From: an uncultured Planctomycetota bacterium
Lineage (GTDB): Bacteria > Planctomycetota > Phycisphaerae > Sedimentisphaerales > Anaerobacaceae
Assembly (NCBI GenBank): GCA_963699595.1
Contig: CAVOUO010000020.1
Coordinates: 34,301-98,300 of the forward strand
Direction of reading: 5' to 3'
DNA: 64,000 nt
This document shows positions 40,677 to 49,111 of this stretch, in pieces (position 1 is the first letter of the stretch; every line of letters starts with the position of its first letter). The notes below the pieces were generated by a model, which was given only the letters and a program-made list of their open reading frames with translations, did not search any database and was not told the DNA's origin. Both the position numbers and the translations under genes were made by a program.

Positions 40677-42546
40677 ATGGAGACGAGTATGAGAAGGTGT
40701 TTGTCAATCGCTCTCTTGTGTGTGGTGGCCGGTTGGGCGTCAACGTCCGCGGCTGGCGCTTTGCCGTATCGTTTTCTGCTGGTAATCGGAGACCAGTGGA
40801 AAGACCCGGCGAGCCGCCTCATCGAAGCCGGGGGCGAGTTCCCGGTCGTTGTCACGCTGCTCAAGACCTGGGGTTTGCCGTTCGACATCCTGCGCCTCGA
40901 CCAACAGCGTTTCGATCGCTACTATCTGATGGACCGGCAAGGGCGGCCGCGTTACGGCACGATCATCTGGGACGCGGACGCCAACGTGGGCGAATCCAGC
41001 GATTTGGCACTGCTGACGACGCTGGTCAAAGATCACGGCGTTGGGCTGGTAGCCATTGGAGACACGGTCGCAAATCCACAGGTGGCGGCCTTGGCCGGTC
41101 TTGAGTACGGCGGCGCAGTACCGTTCGGCGGACGGCTTGGCGTTTTCCGAGAGCCACTTTGTCACGCGCGGACTGGCCGGTCGAGAGAAGGAGTTCCCGG
41201 GATCGGAAGCGTCCGGCAGCCGGGTCTCCACGCAAGGAAGCGACGGTTGTCGTCAATCGCGGCCGAATGCCCTTTCTCACGGTCCGCGAGGTTCCAGGCG
41301 GAGGCCGGGTCGTCTGGCTCGATGCGCACCGTGCGAGCGGCCGGATCGGCATACAAATCCTGCGGGACCTGTTCAAACGCTCGCTGGTGTGGGTGCAAGG
41401 CTATGCGCTCTACGCCGAGTACCCCAAGAGCATCCTGTTGTTCATGGACGACTTCGGGACGTCGGACCGGTCGTACCTGCCGTACTGGCATTATCGCACG
41501 CTCAATGAGGACGACATCCGCCAAGGCATGATCGAGCCGCTCCAACGGCATCGGGCGGTGCTGATGATGGACGTGGTCACGGGTTACGTGGATCGCAAGG
41601 CCCGGCGGGTCGTCAGCCCCTGGAACCAGCAGGTGATCGACGAGATCGACGGCAAGACGTTCCACGACTATGTCTCCGCCAAACGGGGATTGGACGCCGG
41701 CCAGCGGGCGGGCGTGCTGGAGATCCAGTGCCACGGCTACACCCACATGCTGCCCGACCTGGAATCGCCGCCGGGGCCGTTCTGGACGGTGCCGATGGAC
41801 GCCAACGTGCCGCACGGGTTCGACGAGGAATTCGGCGACAAGCTGCGAAAGAAAGATGTGCCGGCGATCACGCAGCGCTTCCTCATGGAGCGCGGCCTCG
41901 AATACCTCCGCGCAGGACTTCGGGGCAGTCCCGCTGTTCGTGATCAACGGCGGCAGCGGCAAATCGCTCTCCTACCCGCACCACAGCGCCCGCCTCGCCG
42001 CCGAAATGGGCTTTGGCCTCGGGCACTTCAACGCGGTCTGGTACCTGGGCAGCGATCTGGCGGTCGCGATGGAGCAGGTGGTGCATAGCGGCAGTTGGGC
42101 CCACGATCGCCCGCTCCCGCCTCGGGACATCACCTGGACCATCGACGCTCCGCAGTTCCTGATCTTCCATGACCGCGATGTGTCCCTCGATAGCACCGCC
42201 GTGGAGCGGTTGCTCACGAGTCTCGGCCCCGGCGTCCGCTACATGACGGCGAACGAGTACTGCGGCTACCTCCACGCCCGTGTCGGAGCGCGACGCGGAG
42301 ACTCCCGACGCCCTTGTGCTCCATTACGACGAACACTACTGCCGGTACTTCGCGGACCACGCCTCCACCTGGGTCCTGCACCTCTCGGACGAGACACGCC
42401 GCGACCTGAAGATCCCCACGCCGGAAAAGCGTGTGGTGACAAATCCCGAAAGGGACCGGCCGCCACATCGTGCGTCTCGCCGAATGATACCGATCACGAT
42501 TGGTTCGTGCGTCGTGTGTCATCCTGAACGAAGCGCAGCGGAGTGA
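40677..42546 (+). pseudogene. Secreted hypothetical protein (~620 aa); C-terminal half weakly polysaccharide-deacetylase-like; at least 4 frame breaks; 3-prime end uncertain
   Basis: Signal METSMRRCLSIALLCVVAGWASTSAAG. Coherent sequence hops between ORFs 40608.., 41056.., 41159.., 41670.. and 42280.. (e.g. YALYAEYPKSILLFMDDFGTSDRSYLPYWHYRTL...LEIQCHGYTHMLPDL...FVINGGSGKSLSYPHHSARLAAEMGFGLGHF...FLIFHDRDVSLDS). The function call is weak. Confidence 0.45.
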
Positions 42547-42641
42547 AGGATCTGGGCTTCGAATGAGAGAAATCTTCAATTCGGTGGCCAGATTCCTTCG
42601 GCAGGCTCAGGACAGGCTCTTCGGCTTCGCCTCAGGATGAC
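42518..42641. repeat. GTCATCCTGA...TCAGGATGAC inverted-repeat element, second copy of the family
   Basis: gtcatcctgaacgaagcgcagcggagtgaaggatctggg ... cttcggcttcgcctcaggatgac. Compare 4962-5049. Confidence 0.65.
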
Positions 42642-42763
42642 AGAGTCTCGATCGCGCGTGGATTTCTCTGAATTCGTATGACAAGTCAGGGGTCGATTGC
42701 GATGTCAAGGGCACATCGACACGCAGGAAGCAACATGGAAGGGAGCAAGCGCTGGTAGCACAG

Positions 42764-43156
42764 CTACCGGTTGAAGAGGGCGCGATCCAGGACGGTGGTG
42801 CGGATGAAGTCGGCAAGGCCCTTGAAGCCGGCCTTGGCGGCGGCGGAAGCAATCATGGCCTTTTCCTCGTGGGTGAGGCGGACGTTGACTTGGGTGGTTC
42901 GCTTCATGAAGGCGGCGGTTTGGGGTGGGGTCTGGCCCCCTTCGAGCATTGTGGCGACGGCTACGCTCAATGCCTCCTGCGTGGCCTCGTAGCACTTCTC
43001 CGGCGTGTCCCCATCCGCGAACACGGTCGGAAGCTCAACGGATGAGCCGATGTAACCAAGACGCTCGCTCTTCTCGATGGTGAGCTTATAGCCACGGGCG
43101 ATCTCGCGGGCCTCTTGCAGAATCGCCGGGCGAAACGGCTGGGCCGGATCAGTCAC
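42764..43156 (-). CDS. hicB: HicB-family antitoxin with C-terminal ribbon-helix-helix-like tail
   Basis: GTG at 43156 overlaps the upstream stop (GTGACTGA). Sequence: YKLTIEKSERLGYIGSSVELPTVFADGDTPEKCYEATQEALSVAVATMLEGGQTPP...VNVRLTHEEKAMIASAAAKAGFKGLADFIRTTVLDRA. Confidence 0.65.
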   Translation of the reverse strand: MTDPAQPFRPAILQEAREIARGYKLTIEKSERLGYIGSSVELPTVFADGDTPEKCYEATQEALSVAVATMLEGGQTPPQTAAFMKRTTQVNVRLTHEEKAMIASAAAKAGFKGLADFIRTTVLDRALFNR

Positions 43157-43259
43157 CCTCTTGCCGTTCCCGGAAGAATGCTTCGATCTTGTCAACATAT
43201 TCCACACTCACCTTCTGGCCGTGGACGGGAACCAGGAAGGGCAATTCGCCTTCCTTCAT
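43149..43259 (-). pseudogene. 36-codon ORF resembling only the C-terminal half of a HicA toxin (probable remnant)
   Basis: MKEGELPFLVPVHGQKVSVEYVDKIEAFFRERQEGD. An in-frame TAG lies 6 codons upstream of the ATG. It sits directly upstream of, and overlaps, hicB. Confidence 0.3.
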
Positions 43260-43391
43260 GATGTACAGTATAGCCTACGATATACAATCTTCCAGTGTTT
43301 TCTCGAGGCTGTGGGAAAAATCTTCACGCTGCCTCGCCACCCCCACTTGAGTGGTGGCGATCGCTCGGCAGTCAGCGAACGGCGGGCGGGG

Positions 43392-44110
43392 TCAGTAGTC
43401 GCGGAAGGCCTGCATCCATCGGGGCCAATCGGTGGGCTGGGCGCCGCCGGCGCGGGTCCAGGGGCCGGTGACGTCGAACTGGCGGTGCCATTTGAGGGTC
43501 CACAGTTCCTTCAAGCCGACCGAGCGGGCGGTCCAGTCCATGAACAAGAGGTTGATTGCGCCGTCGTGGCGATTGATGCAATAGAGACGCATCTCGTTGC
43601 CGGCGGTGCCGACGCCGGTGCGCGGCTCGCCCTCGTACGTGGGCGGGGTGTCGACCGGGAATGGCTGGATATCCGATCGCACGGAGCCGTCGCCCATGAC
43701 CGGCACGTTGCTCATGCCTTGGCCGGTTTGCGCATCGAGACTTCGGCCGCCGCTGGTGTCCTGGCGTCGGAGACTCCATCCGTTCAAGGCGTAGCTGCCC
43801 TTGGGGTCACGCGGGCGGTGCCGATGACGGCGTAGCGGACCGGGCCCTCCTGAAGTCTGGTCATGGGGCAGAGCAGGACTTGGTGTTGGAGTAGATTGCG
43901 TGAGTTGCCGCATCCACGGTCGGCGAGGTAGGGCGGGAACTGCCTCGCTGTCCTCGGCATCGTCCAGACCAAGCCCCACTGCTTGGATTGGACTCACGTG
44001 CGCTTTCTGCCCCTGCAGGCCGGCGTAGACCGCCATCAGCACGGCGATGATTGAGTCACGACGAGCAGTTCATGTGCGGAGGCCGGGAAGCGGAGCAATC
44101 TGCGCAGCCC
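43392..44110 (-). pseudogene. DUF1559/H-X9-DG-type prepilin-like protein, degraded (several frame breaks; N-terminal methylation motif corrupted)
   Basis: C-terminal half: SYALNGW...MRLYCINRHDGAINLLFMDWTARSVGLKELWTLKW (H-X9-DG-like position). Near 44040-44075, ELLVV and IIAVLMAVYAGLQ lie in adjacent frames, as in the prepilin N-terminal helix. Confidence 0.5.
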
Positions 44111-44587
44111 GCGGATCTCGAGCATTCGCTTCTGGATTCTGTTGCACAATGCGCTCCCGCAGATGATCTCGATTTGGCGCAGTATCTGGGAGATCCGGCG
44201 TCTTGGGATAGTCCGATCAACAGGGCATGTCGCCCCGGACGAGCCACGATGACGGGAATATGGGAGGGCTGGGAAAGCTGGTTTTTTGTTGACAGGGAGG
44301 GGATTTGACTTTAGGATAACTATGTTAAAGCCGAATACTTACGACGGCTTGTTGTTTGTGACCGCTGAAGGGCCTCCAAGCACGGTTCGTTGTGTTTGGG
44401 GCCCCAAGGAAAGGGATGGACCACTCGATTGCAGACACCGGGAGGATGGGGTTTCGTCAAGCCATTTCCCCCGTTTTTTGCAGCCGGGGTGGTCCTACGT
44501 AGCATGGGCACGAGCGCCCATGTGTTCAAGGTCACGGGCAAGATGCCCGTGCTACGAATTGGAGAACGGGGATTGGGAGGCGTCTCG

Positions 44588-46528
44588 ATGCTGAACGGAC
44601 GAACCGGGGTCCCCAACGCGAAAAAAGGCGTTGGGGAGCCCCTTGCCGCGGTGATTCTGATTATCGGATGTTTTGTCGTGGGGGCCGGTTTTGCGCAGAA
44701 TCCACCCGCCGCCTCCAGTGCGCCGGCGGGCCCTGTCCCCAATCCGGAGCAGGCTGCTCCTGCGCAGGCAGGGGTGGGGGATGCCGGACAGACGCTGGCA
44801 GAAAGCTGGAACGATTTTCTCCATTACACCAAGGTCGGCCGCTTCGACCTGGCCAAAGGCTATGGGCAGGCGATCCTCCAGGCCAAAGCCAATCCGGCGG
44901 ACTTGTTCAAGCTCGTGCAGGAGAACCAGCAGGGCTACGATCTGGCCATGCGGGTTGCTGACGGGGCTCACGACCAGGACTTGGCCAAGCTCACGCAGCA
45001 GCTTCTGGCCGTTATCGATCGGGGGCGGTTCCTGCAACGCACGGAGCCGAAGATCATTGTCGAAGAGATTCGGCGACTGACCAGCACGCCGCGGGGCAAG
45101 CTGATGGCGATCCGCCGGTTGCGCGACGCGGGCGAATACGCCGTGCCGTACCTGCTCGATACCATGGCCCAGGCGATTCAGGACCCGTCCATCGCGACCA
45201 AGCTGTCCGACATGATCGAAGCGCTGCCGCAAATCGGCCGGCCGGCAATCCGACCTCTCGCGGCGGCCCTCCAAGTGGATAATCCGCGGGTGCAAGCCGA
45301 GATCGTCCGGGCCCTGGGGACGATCGGCTATCCCCAGTCGGTGGCGTACCTGAAGTACGTGGCGGAGAAGGCCCCCATGGCCGACCTGCGGGACTTGGCC
45401 CTCGCGAGCGTCCGCAAGGTCGATCCGCAGGCTGCCGGTACTGCCGCCGCGGTCCTGTTTTATCAATTGGCGGAGCGGTACTACTACCACGATGAATCGC
45501 TCGCCCCGACTCCCGGCGCGCCCTTCGGAAACCTGTGGTTCTGGGACCCGCAGGCGAATCGCCTGCAGCGCGTGGAGGTGGACCAGGCGTATTTCCACGA
45601 ATTGATGGCCATGCGCTGCTGTGAATGGTCGTTACGGGCCGACGAGCAGTTCGGTCCGGCCATCGGCCTGTGGTTGGCCGCTTACTTCAAGGCAGAGTCA
45701 ACGGGTGTCGCGACGCCGGAATACTTCGGCCCCAGTCACGCCCAGGCGCTGGTCTATGCGACGACGGCCGGGCCGGAATACCTCCACCAGGCCCTGGCCC
45801 GCGCCGTGAACGATCGCAACGCTGCTGTGGCGCTCGGAGCCGTGGAGGCTCTGGCGACGACCGCCGGCGAGAAGTCATTGATGTATACGCTGGGGCCGTC
45901 ACAGCCGCTGCTCCAGGCGCTGATGTTCCCGGACCGGGCGGTGCGTTACAGTGCGGCCATCGCCATCGCGAATGCCGGGCCGCGGCAGCCGTTCACGGAA
46001 AGCCGGATCGTGGTGCAGAATCTGGCCGAGGCATTGGCCAGGGGCGGCCCGGAAGCGCCGGGCCCAGCCGGCCAACCATGGACACCGGAACTGGCCGAGG
46101 CCTATATCTTGCGGTCGGCCCAAGCCATGCTGGGCTTGGCGGTCAGCCGCAATCCTGTCATCGATCTGTCCCTGGCCCAGCCTGCGCTCATCGGCGCCAC
46201 CAAGGACACGCGGCCGGAAATCCGCGTGCTGGCCGGGCAAATCCTGGCCTTTCTGAGCAGTCCGGATGCCCAGCGGGCGATTGCGGCTATGGCGATGGAC
46301 GTCGCCAACGACACGAACGTGCGGGCCGCCGCCTTCGGATCGCTGGTCAACTCGGCCAAGCTGAACGGCAATCTGCTGCCGGATGCTGTCGTCAATGATA
46401 TCTACAAGCTCATCAGCTCGGCCCAGACAGACCCCGCTCTGCGGGCCGCCGCCGCTGCCGCTTACGGCTCTCTCAACCTGCCCAGCCAGAAAGTCAAGGA
46501 CCTGATCCTCGACCAAGCGAAGAGCTGA
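44588..46528 (+). CDS. Membrane-anchored HEAT/armadillo-like repeat protein
   Basis: Intact ORF; ATG 44588 was preferred over 44390. N-terminal anchor EPLAAVILIIGCFVVGAGFA. Repeated helical units: AVPYLLDTMAQAIQDP...AIRPLAAALQVDNPRVQAEIVRALGTIGYPQSVAYL; NAAVALGAVEALA...DRAVRYSAAIAIANAG; RPEIRVLAGQILAFL...NVRAAAFGSL. Confidence 0.55.
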   Translation: MLNGRTGVPNAKKGVGEPLAAVILIIGCFVVGAGFAQNPPAASSAPAGPVPNPEQAAPAQAGVGDAGQTLAESWNDFLHYTKVGRFDLAKGYGQAILQAKANPADLFKLVQENQQGYDLAMRVADGAHDQDLAKLTQQLLAVIDRGRFLQRTEPKIIVEEIRRLTSTPRGKLMAIRRLRDAGEYAVPYLLDTMAQAIQDPSIATKLSDMIEALPQIGRPAIRPLAAALQVDNPRVQAEIVRALGTIGYPQSVAYLKYVAEKAPMADLRDLALASVRKVDPQAAGTAAAVLFYQLAERYYYHDESLAPTPGAPFGNLWFWDPQANRLQRVEVDQAYFHELMAMRCCEWSLRADEQFGPAIGLWLAAYFKAESTGVATPEYFGPSHAQALVYATTAGPEYLHQALARAVNDRNAAVALGAVEALATTAGEKSLMYTLGPSQPLLQALMFPDRAVRYSAAIAIANAGPRQPFTESRIVVQNLAEALARGGPEAPGPAGQPWTPELAEAYILRSAQAMLGLAVSRNPVIDLSLAQPALIGATKDTRPEIRVLAGQILAFLSSPDAQRAIAAMAMDVANDTNVRAAAFGSLVNSAKLNGNLLPDAVVNDIYKLISSAQTDPALRAAAAAAYGSLNLPSQKVKDLILDQAKS

Positions 46529-46543
46529 GCAGATTGCCACGTC

Positions 46544-46572
46544 TTGACAGGGGCCGGTAAGAGCGATAGAAT
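46544..46572 (+). promoter_or_regulatory. Sigma-70-like promoter TTGACA-N17-TAGAAT upstream of the EpsI gene
   Basis: TTGACA at 46544-46549 and TAGAAT at 46567-46572, 127 nt upstream of ATG 46699. Confidence 0.45.
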
Positions 46573-46698
46573 CCGCATCCTAGGAGTACTTGTTGCGGAC
46601 CGCTGGGGGTGTTTCGCCGGTTCGTCACGGTCGTTTCAAGATAGGGCATCGGGAAGAAGCGCAGGGGGGCACGTGCCGACCCGGAGACAGGTGCACTG

Positions 46699-47463
46699 AT
46701 GTACAGGAATCGAACCAATTGCGGCGTGTGGCGCGGGGCCAGTTCACTTTCGCACAGAAGGTCTTGGGGGGGCACTCCCGTCTGGCTCTCGGCCCTCGTG
46801 GCGGTTGTCCTGCTCGTTACGGCGGGCGTCGCCTATCGTGCGATGGCAGCCCGCTTGTTCGGCGGTGCCCTCACCCCCGTGAAATTGCCCGTTCCGTTGC
46901 AGCAAGTGCCGGAGCAGATCGGCGGCTGGGCGGGGCAAGACCGGCCGATTCCCGAAAACATCCTGGCCTATATGAAACAAAACTTCGCGGACGATTATGT
47001 CAGCCGCCGGTACGCCAACGAGAAGGAGGGAGTCTGGGCGGATCTCTATGTCGTGTATTGCTCGTCTCGCCCCGGAGGCATCCTGGGACATCAGCCGCGG
47101 GTGTGTTTCCCGGGCAACGGCTGGATTCACGATGAGACGACATCCTCCCAAATTGTCTCCGGCTCGGGCCGTCCGATCGACTGCCTGGTGCATCGCTTTC
47201 ACAACCCGGCTTACCAGCAGGTGGTCGTCGTGAATTTCTATGTTCTCAACGGGCAGATCACGCTGAACGAGCGTGATTTCTCGGGCTTCTGGGGCCGACG
47301 ACCGAACCTCTCCGGAAATCCGGCCCGTTACGTGGCCCAGGTTCAGATCAGCTCGAACCTCGAGCATTCGGCGCGAACCGCGGCCGCGCAAATGGCGGAT
47401 ATCCTCCTGGCGTTTCTGCCGGGTCCAAAGGATCATGCCACTGCGACCCCCGGCGGGAATTGA
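46699..47463 (+). CDS. EpsI-family (exosortase-associated) protein
   Basis: N-terminal TM WLSALVAVVLLVTAGVAY, then VPEQIGGWAGQDRPIPENILAYMKQNFADDYVSRRYANEKEGVWADLYVVYCSSRPGGILGHQPRVCFPGNGW. This matches the remembered EpsI pattern (W.G.D...DD...R.Y...Y...H.P..C.PG.GW). Confidence 0.65.
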   Translation: MYRNRTNCGVWRGASSLSHRRSWGGTPVWLSALVAVVLLVTAGVAYRAMAARLFGGALTPVKLPVPLQQVPEQIGGWAGQDRPIPENILAYMKQNFADDYVSRRYANEKEGVWADLYVVYCSSRPGGILGHQPRVCFPGNGWIHDETTSSQIVSGSGRPIDCLVHRFHNPAYQQVVVVNFYVLNGQITLNERDFSGFWGRRPNLSGNPARYVAQVQISSNLEHSARTAAAQMADILLAFLPGPKDHATATPGGN

Positions 47464-49111
47464 CCGCTTCGTATGGCGTCGTCGAGTGGAAATCAGCAAG
47501 CGCGTTGTCTTGATCAACACCGCCAGCGTGGTGTTGGCGCGGGTGATCAATCTGGCGGTAGTGTTGTGGCTGAACGCCCATCTGCTGCGCCGGATCAGCC
47601 CGGAAGAATTGCAGCTCTGGCCCTTGCTGATGTCGGTCATCGTTCTCCTGCCTTTGTTTACGTCGATCTTGACGTTGGGCATCGGCCGGTTCGTGCTGGC
47701 GGCGTACGCGACAGGGGATGACCGCACCGTGACGCAAATTGTCTCCACGATGTTCCTGCCGTTGCTGGGCGCAGCCGCCATCATCCTGACCGGAGGATTG
47801 ATCCTCGCGTGGCACATCGACAAAGTCCTGGTCGTGCCGGCCGGACAACTCTGGGATGCGCGGATCATGATGGCGCTGCTGATCTTTGCGGCGGCCGTCA
47901 AGCCGCCCTGCACGGCATTCAGCGTGGGGTTCTTCGTGCAGCAGAAGTTCGCCTTGTACAATGGCATTGGGATCGTCAACGAGCTGCTGCGCGTCTTTCT
48001 GTTAATCGTTTTGCTCGTCGGGGTCAGCACGCGTGTCCTGTGGGTGGTCGTCGCCAACGTAGCCACCGAGCTGGTCCTCACCGTGGTTCTGCTCCTGATG
48101 TCCCGGCGCATGATTCCGGCCTTACGGTTCCGGGTCCGGGAGATCCGGTGGGAGAGGGCGCGGGAGGTCGTGTCCTTCGGGGGCTGGAACGTCCTGGGCA
48201 CCATGGCCGTTCGGATGCGCGAGACGGCGGTCCTGCTGCTCTTGAACTGGCTGGCCACACCGATGGATGTGGTGGTCTTCAACCTGGGGTACCTGGGCCG
48301 GCGCCAGATCGATGCGTGGTCGGACGTTCTGGGGGGGCCCCTGTATCCGGTCGTGACCAGTATGCATGCCATGGGGGCGAAGGATCGGATTCGCGCGATC
48401 TATGTGCGAGGCGGGCGCATTGCCTTGTGGATTCTGCTCATGATCGCACTGCCGGCCGCCCTCTACGCCGAACCCATCATTCGCCTGTACGCCACCAAGA
48501 CTTATCTGGAGGCGGCGGTCGTCATGGTCCTGACCCTGGGGGGGCTTCCGGTCGCGTGCGGAGCGTGGATGATCTGGCAAGTGGCCAGTGCCACGGACCG
48601 CCTTCGACCCACGAGCCTGTACGTCCTGGCGACCCAGGCCGCCATCGTGGCGCTGGTCATCTGTGCCGTGCGCCTGTTGGGATGGGGCGCCTCCGGCGTG
48701 GGTCTGGCCGCTTTCGCCGTGGAGTTCGTCGTGGAGTTCCTGGTGCTGTGGCCCTTGGGGCTGAGGCTGGCCGGTGCGACATTCGACGCGTGGGTGCGCG
48801 AAGCCCTGATCCCCGGCCTGACACCGGGCTGCGTCGCTTCGGTCGTGTGGGCGGCGTTGGCGCTCATCGTCAGGCCGGATAGTTGGGTGGCGGTCGGCCT
48901 GTGTACGGCCGCCGGCCTTCTGTGTTACTGGGCGGTACTGCTGGTATTCTGTTTGGAGCCGCGCGATCGGGAGGACTTGACGAAACTGGTCGCGCGACTC
49001 GGGGATTCTCTACGGTCGCCGTTCGGGGTGCCCCCGGCGACTCCGGTCCATTCCCGCGCGAGTGTCGAATCCGCTTCGCGACCGGCCGTGCCGCAAGACC
49101 ATCGTGGTTGA
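47435..49111 (+). CDS. Polysaccharide flippase (MOP/Wzx-like, multi-TM)
   Basis: Intact ORF; ATG 47435 overlaps the EpsI end. About 12-14 hydrophobic segments, e.g. LINTASVVLARVINLAVVLWLN, LFTSILTLGIGRFVLAAY, GGWNVLGTMAVRMRETAVLLLL, IALWILLMIALPAALY. Confidence 0.6.
   Translation: MPLRPPAGIDRFVWRRRVEISKRVVLINTASVVLARVINLAVVLWLNAHLLRRISPEELQLWPLLMSVIVLLPLFTSILTLGIGRFVLAAYATGDDRTVTQIVSTMFLPLLGAAAIILTGGLILAWHIDKVLVVPAGQLWDARIMMALLIFAAAVKPPCTAFSVGFFVQQKFALYNGIGIVNELLRVFLLIVLLVGVSTRVLWVVVANVATELVLTVVLLLMSRRMIPALRFRVREIRWERAREVVSFGGWNVLGTMAVRMRETAVLLLLNWLATPMDVVVFNLGYLGRRQIDAWSDVLGGPLYPVVTSMHAMGAKDRIRAIYVRGGRIALWILLMIALPAALYAEPIIRLYATKTYLEAAVVMVLTLGGLPVACGAWMIWQVASATDRLRPTSLYVLATQAAIVALVICAVRLLGWGASGVGLAAFAVEFVVEFLVLWPLGLRLAGATFDAWVREALIPGLTPGCVASVVWAALALIVRPDSWVAVGLCTAAGLLCYWAVLLVFCLEPRDREDLTKLVARLGDSLRSPFGVPPATPVHSRASVESASRPAVPQDHRG

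Noticed and set aside
44289-44317. Promoter-like TTGACA-N17-TAGGAT upstream of the HEAT-repeat gene
   Set aside because: The -10 hexamer is weak (4/6), and it lies about 270 nt from the preferred start with small hairpin repeats in between (e.g. cacgggca-aga-tgcccgtg at ~44533-44552). It is too uncertain to list as a feature.
47435-49111. The multi-TM protein after EpsI as the missing exosortase
   Set aside because: Its length (~560 aa), its 12-14 evenly spaced helices and its overall pattern fit a MOP/Wzx flippase. They do not fit the ~8-TM exosortase with its conserved Cys/Arg/His motifs.
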